This document shows, piece after piece, positions 22,590 through 36,879 of a stretch of DNA of 64,000 nucleotides. Origin of the DNA: Schmidtea polychroa (lineage: Eukaryota); NCBI GenBank assembly GCA_044892525.1, contig CM097886.1, positions 107,632,001-107,696,000 of the forward strand, in the 5' to 3' direction. A program made the position numbers and the translations under genes. The notes beneath the pieces were generated by a model. It searched no databases. It was not told the origin of the DNA and was given only the letters and a program-made list of their open reading frames with translations. Each line of letters starts with the position of its first letter. The stretch's first letter is position 1.

Positions 22590-22735
22590 CTTTAAACAAT
22601 TAATATTACATTTTAATTCTGAATTGTTTTTTTATTCATCTATTAGTGTGAATTTGAAATTTATTAGTGTTTAATTCTAATTGAATATATTTATTTCAAT
22701 TTGATTATGTTGATTTAAATGATTTATTTTTATTA

Positions 22736-23253
22736 TGTTGTGCCTAATAAAAATACCAAAAAAATTATTATTTTTTAAAATATGTATAAAAATAAATAAA
22801 AAGTACTGGAAAAAATAATAAAAAGTTCTTCTGGAACAGATACATTTTACGTCTTATTGCTTAGTATTATAATATCTGCGCTGCGATTCTTTTTATATAG
22901 CCTTTAGACCCCTATGCGAAGCTAAATGGACCTCTTCAACGCATACAACTTTCTTTGGATCATTGTAATCTTCAATATATTCTAACAAAATATTATTTTC
23001 CATAAAAATTCTGTTATTTAAAATCTTCATTCTAGTTGTTTTTTTTTTAAATAAATTTCGTTGTGATTTTGTATCGAAATCAGGTAAATTTCCGTTAACC
23101 ATAAAGTTTACATAAGAGTTGTATTCTGCATCCGTATTTATTTGAATTCTTGCAGGCATTAGAATTATAAAAAAAAATATTATATCTTTAAAATCGATTT
23201 ATAATTTATATTAAAAAATTATAATTATTTTGGTATTTTTATTAGGCACCACA
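22736..23253 (-). mobile_element. Internally deleted Ginger-like (integrase-type) DNA transposon
   Basis: TIRs TGT(T/G)GTGCCTAATAAAAATACCAAA...ACA. The internal ORF 22893-23159 ends ...VEEVHLASHRG, resembling an integrase zinc-binding N-terminus. Imperfect 4-bp flanks ATTA/TTTA. Confidence 0.7.
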
Positions 23254-25345
23254 TTTACATTTTTATTATTACATGATTATAAACTAATATATTGTTTGAC
23301 TTTCTATAAACTAATTATTTTTCATAAAAACATAAAATTTACTCAATAAATAATTAATGACAAGAAAAAAGTAAAAATAATTTTAAAATATGATAATATT
23401 TTCTGATTACATTTATGCTTTTTTAAAGTTTATATGTGGAATAAAAAAAATATATAATAGTTGATAATAGAACGAAGGTTTATGGCAATTAAATATGAAT
23501 ATTAAAATAACAAACAACGTATTTTTGTCAAAGTGACCATAAAAGGACATCATAAAAATAAATACTTCAAAAAAAATTATTATTAATTTAAAAATAACTT
23601 GAAAAATTATTAATTAATTACGTTGATTGGCGTAGTGAAAGTTTTAAGCTGGCTCTGTGAAATAAATAAAATTGCATTTTCATTCACATAAAAAATATTA
23701 CTCTTATCATGTTTGCCTTCGTAGACTTAAATTAAAAATGACATATTAATTTATAAAATATCGTGCTATTAAAAATATAAATTCTTTTACCCGTTCACTT
23801 CTAAACGCGGCTTTCTAAATATATTATGAATTAAAATTATATTTAAATCGATAGTTATAAAAATTAAATTATTTGAATTGAGTCTTTACACATAATGTTT
23901 TTGCACATAATTACGAAAAATTATAATAAAGAAAATTTGAAAAAATCAATAATGAAAAAGATAAAAGGTTTTTCGTTAGTATGAAGAATATGTATTTTAT
24001 TATATGGACTATAGTTAAAATGAAACCACCCATATTGTGAAAAACTGTTACTCATTATATCGAGGTTTTGTATTAATTTCAGAGTAAACTCGAATAATAA
24101 AAGATTACAGTAATATCCGAAGAACAATCAAAAGGTGACCTCTGATAGTCTATATACGTAGATTTTTTATGGTGTTTACGCTGAGCTTCTACAAAAAAGG
24201 CTTAGAAATAAGCAATTGTTACTTCTATTAATGATTTTAGTGATTTTAACTAATATTAGTAAATTATTTGCTTTAAAAGAATTTATAAAATATATTAATA
24301 CAGCACAATTATTTCACATTAAAAATTTATTCAAACACCGTTAATCGAAACTCAGACTTTTCCTTCAAATGAAACAACCTTTCTTTCTGATAAGTTTTAT
24401 TTATTTTTTGTCAGACCACATAGAGTTAAACCTACTATAATGAGATTAATTCGTACCGTGTTACAGAAAGGTTCACTGCATAGCAATATTGCCTATGGCA
24501 CGTCAGTGTATTTTATATAACCCGAGAAAAACGACGTTAAACCGACTGAAAAGCTACAGATTGTTAGAAAACATAACAACATCAGATTTTACAGCAAACG
24601 GAATACATTGCAATTTCAAATCTCATAAAATTTTATTTAACTTAAATGTGAATTTAATAGCTTATTTTTTAAATTTTAGTGAAAAGACCATTCGAAAACC
24701 AAACCAGAAATGTTATAAATATAATTACATCTGTACTTAGGCGTTCTAGATTTTCCTAGATTTTTTTAATAAATATTATTATTAACATATAAAGAATTTT
24801 ACAAAGAGAATTGACCCAGCTCTTGATTCCTAAGCAATGAATAATATATTTACAAGAGACCAACCAACTGAAATGCTTACTCGAACTGAAACTCGAGTGT
24901 ATTCGTCCTTTTATTAATGAAATATCAAACAATTATTATTTTAAAAGAGATCTCTACTCGATACACAGGAGTTATATCCTATAAATATAAAGAATATTAT
25001 ATATATATATATTTTCATTGTAAAATTCAAAACATACTCTAGAAACGTAGGTAGAAGATGACTGGTCCTATAATGAAAATGATTAGTTTATATTATATAT
25101 TTAAAATATTATTAATAAAATCTTTTTTTATTTATATCTATGATCCAATTATTTTTTTCCTGTAAAAAATGCTTGAGATTTCACTTGTCATGGTTTATAA
25201 AACTTCAAATAGTCGGATATATGTAAAAATACAAAATACAAATGGTAACAATTCTTGGAGAAATTTCGTTTTTGTAGAATTTATAGGTAAACCTAAAAAT
25301 GATTCTTTGCAGGTTTCCTTGTATATTTCTTTAATATATCTCAGA

Positions 25346-25875
25346 CTAGCTGTTGTACCCGGCTTCGCCCGAGTTTACATTTATTATAATAATTCATTTA
25401 AATTAATTTTTTGTTTAATGATTACAGTATTAATTTTATAACAGCTTCAATTCCATGTTTAATTCACAATAAGAGAAGCTTTCAAAATAAATTTCAATTT
25501 GTAAAATCGAAAACGCACTCCAATTTAAATCGAAAAATAACTGGCAATATTTTTCCAATTGCAAACTGGTTCACTAATCAAATAAAATTCAAATTCTCCA
25601 TGTTTGAATTTTGATTTGAAAACTTTTTTAATAAATTATATTACTTTCAACTGCAAGTAGCAAGCAGATAATAAATTATAATTTATATGGTAAATTGCTG
25701 ACCGGACAGACAAACAAACTGACTTAGGGTACCCTAGGGGGCTGAAACATAGCATATGACCCGTCCGGAGTCAAATGAGGGTCACATGGAAATTTTCAGC
25801 ACCCTAGGTCCAACGGTGTGGAATTCATTGTGTAACAAATAAACAAACTTTTCATTTTTATATATTAGAAGAAGA
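25346..25875 (-). mobile_element. Non-autonomous Helitron (Lep1/HINE-like), 530 bp
   Basis: On the minus strand it starts A|TC TTCTTCTAATATAT and ends with the hairpin CTCGGGCGAAGCCGGG followed by CTAG|T. Confidence 0.75.
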
Positions 25876-26423
25876 TTATGAAATGAAATGGCCAATCTAC
25901 TCAGTCAAACAATTAATATATTTGTAAGAGATATGTATGAAACATATAATTATGTCAGTATTTTACCTCAAAACTAAAAGGCTATATAGAAAACAGTTTA
26001 GAGAATATCCTAGATTTACTTTGTCCTTCTATATCTCATATTATCTAATATAATATAAAAACCCTTTAATTGTCCTACATAAAATGAGGAAAGATCATAC
26101 AAAATTAAATTGTATGGCACTTATTGTTTTAGTCGCCGACCTCCAAAACTAATCTATCTGTTATTCTATTTGACATTAAATTATCTGTGACAGGTGTGAT
26201 AATACTAAATCATATATCTAATATAATATAAAATAATATATTTTTTAATAAATAGTTAAACATACATGGCAATGATTTCATTATAAGATAACGCCAATCA
26301 AACATTCTTTTCGCGATTAATTTCGACAGTTTTCCTGTCATCATCAGGTGGGATATAATAACTCATTAAATTAAGGATTTTAAACAAATTTATTAATTAT
26401 ATATAAAAAATTTTTTATTTTAT

Positions 26424-26864
26424 AAAAAAAATATATTATTTTTTTAAAATTTTAACATTTAAAATTTAATTTAATAATTTAAAAAATTTTTTATTAATTA
26501 TTTAATTTAATACAACAATCAATACATACAATATAAAAAATTGGTGATATATAAATTGGTGAGCACAATAAGGGCTGTAAGATTAAAATAGGTATGTCTG
26601 ATTTTAAAATTTTATTAAAAAATTTCGATAATTATTGGGAACGTGTGATTTGTGAGGCGTTGTTGATAAAGTCATTGAATCCGAAAATTAATGTGCAGAA
26701 TGCAGTAAATACTTGTGTTTTGAGTGTTTTTAAATAAGTTTTTAAATAGGTTTTTTATATTGTATGTATTGATTGTTGTATTAAATTAAATAATTAATAA
26801 AAATTTTTTTAAATTATTAAATTAAATTTTAAATGTTAAAATTTTAAAAAATAATATATTTTTT
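26424..26864 (+). mobile_element. 5'-truncated Penelope-like element with inverted pseudo-LTR
   Basis: Near-perfect inverted arms of about 115 bp (26424-26540 / 26751-26864) flank a 60-codon frame (26555-26737): IGEHNKGC...DFKILLKNFDNYWERVICEALLIKSLNPKINVQ...LSVFK*, typical of a PLE GIY-YIG C-terminus. Confidence 0.8.
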
Positions 26865-27718
26865 GTTTTAATTTTCTAAAATATATCGAACTATTGAAAT
26901 TTTAATAAATGATTTAATGAATGTTTTCACATTTTTTACAAATTATTAATAATGCGTATAAATTTTTCATTTATTTTAGACATGGCTTAAAGAAGAGTTA
27001 GTGTATCCTTTAACTTCCTGTAAATAATATTCTCACTAGCAACTCATTTATACCCAATGCAAGTTAATTCCCAATTCTAATGACAACAAAATTAAGAGAA
27101 ATACTTATAATTTATAAATTAATGGATGTAATATTACCGAGGAACTCAAATTTCGAGCCTAGACATGAAAAAGTTAAAATATTTAAGAAACAAAAATATA
27201 AAATATACCCGTGTCGAATTTCTTGTGTCCTAGGTTGTTGTTATTATTAATATTCATATTTACAATTTGACTTACAATTACTGAGCTGATTCTTTGTTGC
27301 TAAAGTATTTGTTAGGAAATAATAAATTAATAAACATATAAAATAATAAATTATTAATTAACAACAACTAGAGGAAAGTAAAATACAGTCCATCATTATT
27401 AGCAGTAAATGTTAATAAAAGTTTTTTGTCCAATAAGAACGCAGTATTTTTACAAGCTCCGCAACTTTTACAATAGCACTGAGAAGATTATGAATTACCT
27501 AGTAGATAAATATTTTAAAGAAAAATGAGTCTTAAAAAATTTGTCTCTCTAGCCCAGCCCCACCACAACATAATTTCCTAAATTATCAACTGGTTTTTAA
27601 AAAGTTTCCACACATAAACATTTATTATACAATTTCACACAAAACCTGAAAATGATCGGCACAGGAAATACATATTACTGAAAATATTGTTTTCATTATT
27701 AATTCATCCCTTACCGAG

Positions 27719-27952
27719 TTACGGTACGCATACTACAGATTGGGAAAATTGTTTATGATAAACATTTAAGTTACTTACTGCATGATTACTACAGAAAATA
27801 TCAAAAATAGTTTTTAAAATTGAAACATTTCCTGCAAGGGTAGAATAAAAGAGTAGCCCTATTGTCTGAAAGTGATTTGTTTTAGGAATTCCTATAAGCT
27901 CTCCCCCATAAAAGAGTATTAAATCACATACAATTGTTAGGAATCTAGTCAA
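27719..27952 (-). other. Unassigned 77-codon open frame, possible host exon
   Basis: Higher complexity than its flanks, but no ATG and no convincing phase-1 acceptor. Confidence 0.2.
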
Positions 27953-28773
27953 ACAATAACAAATAATTTATTTATATTATTGCTAAAATTATTATGAAGT
28001 CATTACTTAAGGTTCTTATGTAATAGATGTTATAATGGAAATATTAAAATTATCAGGGTACTAATTATGATTAGATGCTTTTTACACATTTTTTGTTGAC
28101 CTGGTGTAATCAGTTTATTTTTATTAAAAATAAAATAATTTTAAAAAGTTGTTGAAAATTTGATTTGAATAATAAATTAACTTACAGCAACTTCTAGAGT
28201 GATTTTGTCTCTCTGGACTCGTTTCTAATTAATTAAAATAAAAACAATTATTTTAATTAAATTTTATTGAGTACTACTAGCATTTCCTCCCTTGGAATTA
28301 TCTAAAATATTTGTTAATATAATTTTAATTTCAATTTTGATTACATCACTCGGCTTTTCTTCGTCATGAACAATCACATACATCTTAATGAAAATTTCAA
28401 TCTAGCAACTTACGTCATGCTTAGAATTAACCTGTCTATTCAATTTGTCTTTTTTCTTCTTTTCTTTTAATGCTTTCAATTCTTCAATATAATTGTATGA
28501 TGCAATCAAGTCAGATATATTAAATAATTTACTTCTAATTCTTCTCTGCCTTTGAATTTCTCTCTACAAATCATTTGGACAATTTATAAAATTTATAAAA
28601 TTTTAAAATTAAAAATAAAAAAAATTCAGTTAAACAGAATATTAAAAAATGCTTTATTTAAAAATATATAAAATGGATTTGAATTTGGCTTGAAGCTGAC
28701 TTATTGTGAAATACATACATTTATAGTATGGTTTTGAAGGGGAGTGTTAGAAGGAGTTGTGCGGGTAGAAATA

Positions 28774-29335
28774 ACGGATATCACCGAATAGTATCAGTGA
28801 TACTATAAAAATAATATCATCAAAAAAAAACATAGTGATATTATTCACTGCTTTGGTCATTTTAATAAAAAATAAGTTTAGATAATTATCAAAAATTTAT
28901 TCATCATCATCATCCAAATACTCAACGTCCTCATAATAATCATTTTCATCAAGTATAGACTCGTTATTTAATCGGGATTCGGTGTTTGAAGAAATCCACG
29001 CCTTACAGAACTCCACTCCATATACATCGTGTTTGGCAATATGCCAATCCTCATAATTTTCGCTAAAACCTGCTGCTGTTATTGAATTTTTAAGAGTTTC
29101 GATTTTCATATCATCCCAAGATTCCCTAACCCACGAATTGACCAATGAAAATGTTGGTGGTTTTGGATTCCCATTTCTTGTATACTCAACAGACTCTGAA
29201 TTCTTCCATTCATTTATTTCAATGTTTTAATATAGTGATATTATTTAAATAGTATCACTAAATATAAATGAATTTAGTTATGGTGTAGTATTAATGATAC
29301 TATTAGGTGTAGTGATACTATTTGGTAATATACGT
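28774..29335 (-). mobile_element. Internally deleted pogo-like element
   Basis: TA-flanked TIRs ACG(G/T)ATAT(C/T)ACC(G/A)AATAGTATCA, with a transposase C-terminal remnant (NSWVRESWDDMKIETLKNSITAAG). Confidence 0.75.
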
Positions 29336-29543
29336 TAGTACAAATTTTGTTATGTAATACAGTCACGGATACGTTATTAAGAAACGTCGCGTTGTAGGAG
29401 GCTTTACTGTACACATACATTTCTGTATTTATACACTGATTTTTTTAAAACGCGTTGTAGAAGGCTTTACTGTACAGACAAACAAAAAAGCAAAAGCATT
29501 CGGCGTTTAAACGGATGAAACTTATTTGAACTTGTTTCAAACA

Positions 29544-31154
29544 CAGTCGATTCCGCTTAATTGGGAAACATCGGGACTTGGACATTTTGTCCCAATTAAA
29601 CGAATTTCACATTTTTTTAATTCATTGATTTGGTTTTGGCAACTAAGTCCATTAACCAGTAATACACACATAAAATTAAACAATGCATAATTTTTTTTCA
29701 ATAGTTTTATTTTATAAACTCTTGGAAACTGTCAATTACATATAGGTAGTATAAATTATCATATAAATTACAAATAAACTTTTAAGAAAAAAAATATTTC
29801 CTAATTAAAATAATAAATGGGTAGGTACATACAATTTAATTCAATTCAAAAATGAGTCAAGTGTAGCCTCTTTTTTTGTCTTTGTAACATTTCACTTGTA
29901 CAAAATCAGCATAGATATTCAGTGCGGATGTATGGGCTCCCTTCATTGCCTTCCTGCATAAAATAACGCTGTAACACGGCCATACATTTTTTTGCCTCCT
30001 GGTTAGTCACAGACACTGATGATTCATCATCATCGTCATCTTCGTCTAATTTTTCATGTTTTGATTTATTACCTTCTAAAATTGAATCCTCACAGTCTTC
30101 ATTATCACCGTAACATGGTAAATTGTTATCTATTGTTGAAAATTCTTCATAGTTATTAATAGCAACTTTCTTCATTGCTTAAAATTTCGGAAATATCTAA
30201 GGGTTTAAAGCCGCAATTAGTAAAACAGTTAAATATTGTGGTGGTTTTTATAGCTCTCCAACTGTCAGCGACAAACTGTATTGCTTGCAAAAGGGAAATT
30301 TTTGAACTAATCTCTCTGGATGTTGTGGAATTTGTTAATAAATTTTCATCAATGGATTCTAATATGTAATTAACAAATTTTCCACGATACAAAGTCTTAA
30401 AAAGTTTTATTACCCCCATGTCCATTGGTTGCACTAACGATGTGGTATTAGGAGAAAGAAATTCCAGCTGTATATTTTGTAGATTGTCTAAATAAGGGTG
30501 TGCCGCACAATTGTCAACAAGCAGCAAAATTTTTCTTTGTTTAAGTTGTAAATTTTGGTCCTAACTAGTAAACCAATTTCGAAAAATTGCAGAAGTCATC
30601 CATGCGTTTTTGTTTGCATGGTACTCCACTGGTAAACCCTCCATTCTTAACCCCTTAAAGCATTGATGTCTAGCACTTTTTGTCAGTACCTGATATATTT
30701 GTACTGCATAACACAGTAATGCGGTCCATTGCCTTTTTATAACCCAACAGTGCAATGTGTTTATAGCATAAACAACCATCTGGCGTAGCATGATAATGGA
30801 GGCCGGTTTCATCAGCATTGTAAATGTCATCAGCACAAAAATTCTCTTAAAAAGTAGGAATTTTCGTAGTATTCTACTGTTCGGCACTTTCGATGTCGGC
30901 ACTGCCATTTTCACCGTGCGCTTTTTCAAATTTAATATTGCGTCTTGCTTTCCATCGTAATAACCAACCATCAGTTGCTTTGAAATCGTTGCGGCCCAGT
31001 TTTTTAGCTAACTCCTCTGACTTCGTCTTCAATATTGGGTCATTGATATTTACGCCTCTGCCACTAACAATAGAAAACCATTGATCTATGAGAATATGTG
31101 TAACATAATATGTGCTGTGATCTTAAATTTACTGTCCTTAAGCGGAATCGACTG
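29544..31154 (-). mobile_element. Decayed Tigger/pogo (CENP-B-like DDE) transposon
   Basis: TIRs CAGTCGATTCCGCTTAA; frameshifted ORFs with YHANKNAWMTSAIFRNW, DNCAAHP and PNTTSLVQPMDMG. Confidence 0.92.
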
Positions 31155-33966
31155 TATATAAAATCTTTATTTGGCTAGAAAATAATGTGCATAATAATAA
31201 ATGAGTCGAAAAAAAACAAAATTCAGTATTTGGTCTACGAAAGTAATTACGAAATCTTAAACTTAAGGATATTTTTCACTTTATGCAGCTATCATATTAC
31301 TTAATCGAACTACGGATTTCATTTCGACATCCTAGTATATTTTGAAACCTTTGGTAATACGATATATCTTGAACATTTCGCATCACTCACATTGCTCAAT
31401 AATCATCGCAAAGTTCATTCTAAAGAAAAAAGAAATGTCTAAAAAACAAGAAACTAACCTCAAAGAATTTCTTGAAAGCGAGAGGATGAATATATGGTTA
31501 TCCCTGAAGGATATGGAGGATTAGAGAATTGTGAATGAGTTGATGAAAATCATTGGAATTTAAGTAATACCAAATTTTAGCGTGTATAACTCTGGGATTA
31601 TACACGATTTTTAGTTTTTATAATTGTTTTGAAGGCAAAATGGGGGTAAAAGTGGTTTTAAATATTTTTTTAATTTAAAATTTAAATTTTTATTTAAACT
31701 CATTGTTTTTAACAAAATTAAAATTTATTATATTTCTGCCATTTCAGAATTATCACTACTTGAAAATCGGTTAGCAAATATAAACAAACAATTTTCTTAA
31801 TAAACACGTTTTCAAAAAAGAACTCATTTTGGATATCATAAAATTCTATTTTTTAAAAAAAAACAAATAAAATCTCATTGTTTTTTATTTTAAGATTTCT
31901 TTTATTTCAGATATTTAAAAGAAACTTCTCTTAAAGTATTCAAAAAGCTATTAATGTGTACATTTTCGATTTCGAAATTTGATCAAACGTTACATAAAAA
32001 CACGTTTCAGTGTAAAAAAATATTTTTTTCAAAATAATACAAAATAAAAATTTTAAAAAAATTTAAAAATTGATTGTCAGTGTGGTTTTTAAATTGTTAA
32101 ACTTTTTTAATGCGGTTTTTAAGAGCTAAAATACGGTACATCAATTTCCTATTGTAAATTTGGATAAAAATTTTCAGTGTCCATGGGAAAATAAATAATT
32201 ATGTAAAATAAAATAGAATATTGAAAAATAATGAAAATACAAATACATAATAGTTTCATTTAGAATACAATTTTAATCCAGATGTGGAGTGACGGTCAAA
32301 ATTTTATTNNNNNNNNNNNNNNNNNNNNNNNNNNNNNNNNNNNNNNNNNNNNNNNNNNNNNNNNNNNNNNNNNNNNNNNNNNNNNNNNNNNNNNNNNNNN
32401 NNNNNNNNNNNNNNNNNNNNNNNNNNNNNNNNNNNNNNNNNNNNNNNNNNNNNNNNNNNNNNNNNNNNNNNNNNNNNNNNNNNNNNNNNNNNNNNNNNNN
32501 NNNNNNNNNNNNNNNNNNNNNNNNNNNNNNNNNNNNNNNNNNNNNCTTCTGGTCATTTGTCTAATATTTTGTTGGTTTATTCTAATTAATGTAAAAGATG
32601 ATTGCATTTCAGTTATATTTATTCAGTAATGGTTATTAGTGGCTATTGAATTATTACTGTTATTACATATATCATAGGTGGCCAAAGCGCCGACCGCAAT
32701 TTTGTCTTGCTGTTTAGGATTCAAACTTGTTTTAATCTTTAAACATTCAGATCTTACAGTTGATAAACGTATATAATGCAATAAAAACGAAACTTCGCTC
32801 ACGGTTGATAAATGATAATTTGACTGTATACTTACAGATATACTTACAGAATATTTAAAAGTTGTTGAAACTATGAAAATTCTGATGGAAATAAAAATTA
32901 ACTTTTAAGATTTAAAATATTATAGAAAATTTTCTGTCTTTCATATGATTTTTTTGTATTGGTTTTTACTTTTATTTGTTTGTATACAATATCCGTTGTT
33001 AAAATAGACACAGTTGAATATGCATCATAAAATTAGTCTTTATTATTGTCTTATCAAAAAGGTTTAAATTTCAATATTAGTCGAACACCATCATTATTTC
33101 TATTAACTAGTTGCTCCTGGAATCGAAAATTGTGGCCACTTATGGCATATGACTTATTAGAAAATATATGTTATTTCTTGTTTCTTCGTATTGTAAATTG
33201 ATACAATATTATTTTCCTATATATTCTTACGGAAAAACCCTAAAATTAATAAATTAAATAAAAAATTTTTAAATCAATGATTGGCGTAAAAATTTGTCAA
33301 TATATAAGCTAATGCCAGTGTCTAATATTTATATGACTAGAAAACATTAGATTTATATCTAATTAAGAATCTATAGTTTTATGAAAATGAAGAAAAAAGA
33401 AATTTTACTCATTTTACAGACATTGAAATTTTATTTTTCAATTTTTGTTTATTTTGTCGTTATTCTTAATAATTGTATTGATCTGTTAGCACTTAATGTT
33501 TAAAAATATTTTCGTAAAAAATCATAATTCATTACGTAAATCTGAAGTTGTTTTTCAGTGTTTTCTTTAATGGCTTTGAAATCGGCTGGATTTCCAATTA
33601 GGACGTATTTTTTATGGATTTCACTCTAAAATAAATATACAATTAAATTTTTTAATTTAAAAATCTTTACACTTACTTTTAACACATAACATTTAAAAAA
33701 TAAATGTAATCTAAAATACAGGAAATTCTCATATTGCATGGAATAAAAAGACTTGAATTGATATATTCTTATGAGTTCAAAAAAATAAGCGTAAATTAAC
33801 AGCGCCCAAATAAATATTAAAAACAAATATTTATGAATTACCATAGGAATATTTATAGCTAAATAATCAAAAGTACCTGAATAAAAAATCTAGCTAAGAT
33901 AATCAAGGTAATGAAATTTTAAATATTGAAAATTAAAGTACGCAACACTATCATTATCCTTTACAC

Positions 33967-34373
33967 CAGTGGTTCTCAAAGTGGCGTTTGGCGGACTGAT
34001 ACCAGTCCGCAGAACATTTTTGTAAATATTTATTTTATTTTTAAGCGTTAAAATATTTACAATAGCACAAACAGGCAATATTTAAGAAATAAGCACAATA
34101 GTACCAAGATATATCACAAGGTTTATTTGCCATAAACTAAAAAGTTAACTTTAACTGAAATGCTGGGTGCTGACGTGTGCTTTCAATAACTCTTCTATTT
34201 ATTTCAAATTTCGATGTATTTTTTAGGTATTATTTTTAATTTATTTCATGCAAACGAAACCTAATTTCGTTAATATTTTTTTATTTTGTTTATTCGTTAC
34301 TAATTAAAATTTATGTTTTTGGATTAGAAAAAAAATAACCGGTCCGCGACACAAAAAAGTTTGAGAAGCACTG
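33967..34373. mobile_element. hAT MITE
   Basis: TIR CAGTG(G/C)TTCTCAAA; TSD CTTTACAC/CTTTAAAC (7 of 8 match). Confidence 0.85.
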
Positions 34374-34774
34374 CTTTAAACCACTGCAATAAAGCAAGAT
34401 TGGCTAGATATTTTATATCACAATTATGTCTTTGCTGCAGATTGTTAATAAAAATCAGTTTTTCAAACACATCTGAAAGTCAAAACATGTCAAAACGTGT
34501 TTCCCAATCTCCATTTTTGTTTAAAAGTGATACAATTCTCTAATGATCCAATAAAATCTTACGACAGATATTCAGTCAAATCTTATCTTTTCTTTCTAGG
34601 CATGATCTATGGATAAAATGAAAACAATAATAATATTACTAACTTCAAATATATAATCATTAAATTTAAATTTTACAAACAATAACACAAACAATAGATT
34701 TCACCACAACTATTCCGATTAATGGAATGGCTGCATCTGCTTGACTTACTCTTTCTGGTTTAGTCGGTACTTAA

Positions 34775-35013
34775 CACTCTCAGTGCCTTGTCAGTCATTT
34801 TTGACTGACAGTGCCTTGCAGTGATAGCAAAGAAAGAGAAAATACGTAAATATTTTAGTCTACTGTGATTTTCGTAATAGGTAAGTTCATTTGCATAAGG
34901 TCGATCAGGTCGATTTGTCTGACAGAGACTTTTTTTAAATAAACTTGTCAAGGTTAATGTGTCTGACAATAACATGTTAAAAAAGGCCTGTTTTTTCTGT
35001 GGCACTGTGAGTG
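34775..35013. mobile_element. piggyBac-type MITE
   Basis: TTAA on both sides; TIR CACTC(T/A)CAGTGCC. Confidence 0.85.
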
Positions 35014-36291
35014 TTAAATATTGGTTTCTTCGAGAAATATTTTACAGAAAGAAATATTTTTTATGTCAACTAAAGTTTCCAGAAAATACGAAGATTTTCT
35101 AACTCGAACACACGCAAACATGTAGAAAACTAAATAAAGATTATTATCTCTTTTTACTTTTGATGGTCTTCATCTTTTTTTCTTCTAATATTTGCTGCTG
35201 ATGGTGGAATACAGAGTTTTAATCTTAATTCAGTGCCTAGTATGTGTTTATAAAATAGATTTTTCAAAACTCAAGACGATTGAATTTAGATTTTCACCGT
35301 TCAACCTCAATATATGCCAAGCAATCACCAGAGGTCTTTTAAAAATGTTTTTTTAAAAACTATAATTTTGATATCTTTTTTTTCTAATAATCTGACCATA
35401 TTTTCAATCTAAATATCCAGTTCTATGTAGATTTGTGTTAAAATAACTTTTATTTTACTAACTTGACACCTTTCACTATTTAATTCATCAGCTATTTTGT
35501 TATTTATTTTCATAGATTAAATTGATTAATTTTAATAACTTCTGTAATTAATTAATTTAATTGGTTTTAATTGGTTTTAACATGATAGTTTAAAATGTGA
35601 GCGTTTGAAAAATATTATGTCCTAACCAGAGCTAGATTTACTCTTGAGGGCGTCCAAGGCTAAAGATTTTTTGGGGCCGTTTTATAATTTTTTTTTAACA
35701 AAAAGGTCAATTTTTTCCTGCTGTTATATAGTTATAATAATTTTTTTTAATTTTCTATTTTAATGCGCTATTTCTTTAACAATTATTATGGGAATGTTTT
35801 ATATTTAATTTTTAATTATTTTTTTTCTTAAATTTTACACTTTTTGTCATAGCTTCTTCGTATGTAAATATGAGCCAAAACATTCCTAATTAACTTGATT
35901 GTGGTTCTTCGTATGTAAATACGACCAATAATCATTCTTAATTTTTGATATTATTAATTATTTATTTTATTTATTATTCTCTTCTTTTCGAGTTGACAGA
36001 TTTTTGAATGAGTTCTTTCTTTCTTAACTTTGTTAGTGATTGTAATTTCTCGTGTTTATCCTTTTTATGATATGTGTTTTATTTATCCCAAAGTATAGTT
36101 TGCTTTACTTTGTATTACTTGATGTATAATCATAGATTTTAATTCCAATTGGTGCGTTTTCCATGCTATATATTTCGGACTCATTTAAACAAGTTTTCAA
36201 TTTCTCGAATCTAGCCCAAAAATGTATTATGTTGATGTATTAATGCATAAACCTTAAAACTTTTATATTAAAAATAAAAATAAATATTTAC

Positions 36292-36582
36292 TGAATGGTA
36301 TTTTAAAAAGCTGATTTGTCCACTCGGGATAAAAATTCACAGTTTGTATGAAACATCTACAATATAATATTTCTTCTTGTATAAATACGTCGTACATTAT
36401 TATATTTTTAGTGACATATGTATTTTCACAAACTTCCTTATGATGATCAGTTAAGTTAGGGTTTAAACAAAATTCACAGATCCAATTTCCATCAGAATAT
36501 CCAATGCCATACCTAGGTTTACATGTTATATTTCGTCCAAGTTTGGGAAACCTAGGAAACGTTGTCAATAAAGTCACCTTGG
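36292..36582 (-). CDS. Module exon (291 nt, phase 1-1) of the unannotated Cys-containing family, six-Cys subtype
   Basis: TTTTAG acceptor at 36584-36583 and GTAAAT donor at 36291. Aligns almost without gaps to 57208-57495 (KL---I-C---Y, W-CEFC--P-L, LYC-C, K-P). Confidence 0.7.
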
Positions 36583-36879
36583 CTAAAATGATAAAAGTAA
36601 AAGTAATATTAATATAAAACTAAAATTATTACTATTTTTATTTATTTTAGATTACAAAACTTTTCACGTTGATACAAAACCTAATTTTATCTTTGAGTAC
36701 AAATGCAGAATAATATTAAAAAATTTCAAAGGAATTGAAAAAATATAAATTTTTTTTATTGAAGGATTTCTATTTTAAACAAAATGTCATTGAAAAATAT
36801 TAGAATTTTCATTGTTATCAAAAATTATTTATTTTATTTACGTGGTTCAATAAGTAGTTAGACTCGTAAAGAAAGAAAA

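Noticed and set aside
28300-28565. bHLH-ZIP-like frame on the minus strand (RQRRIRSKL...YIEELK)
   Set aside because: Only a vague charge pattern, with an internal stop and no helix-loop-helix spacing.
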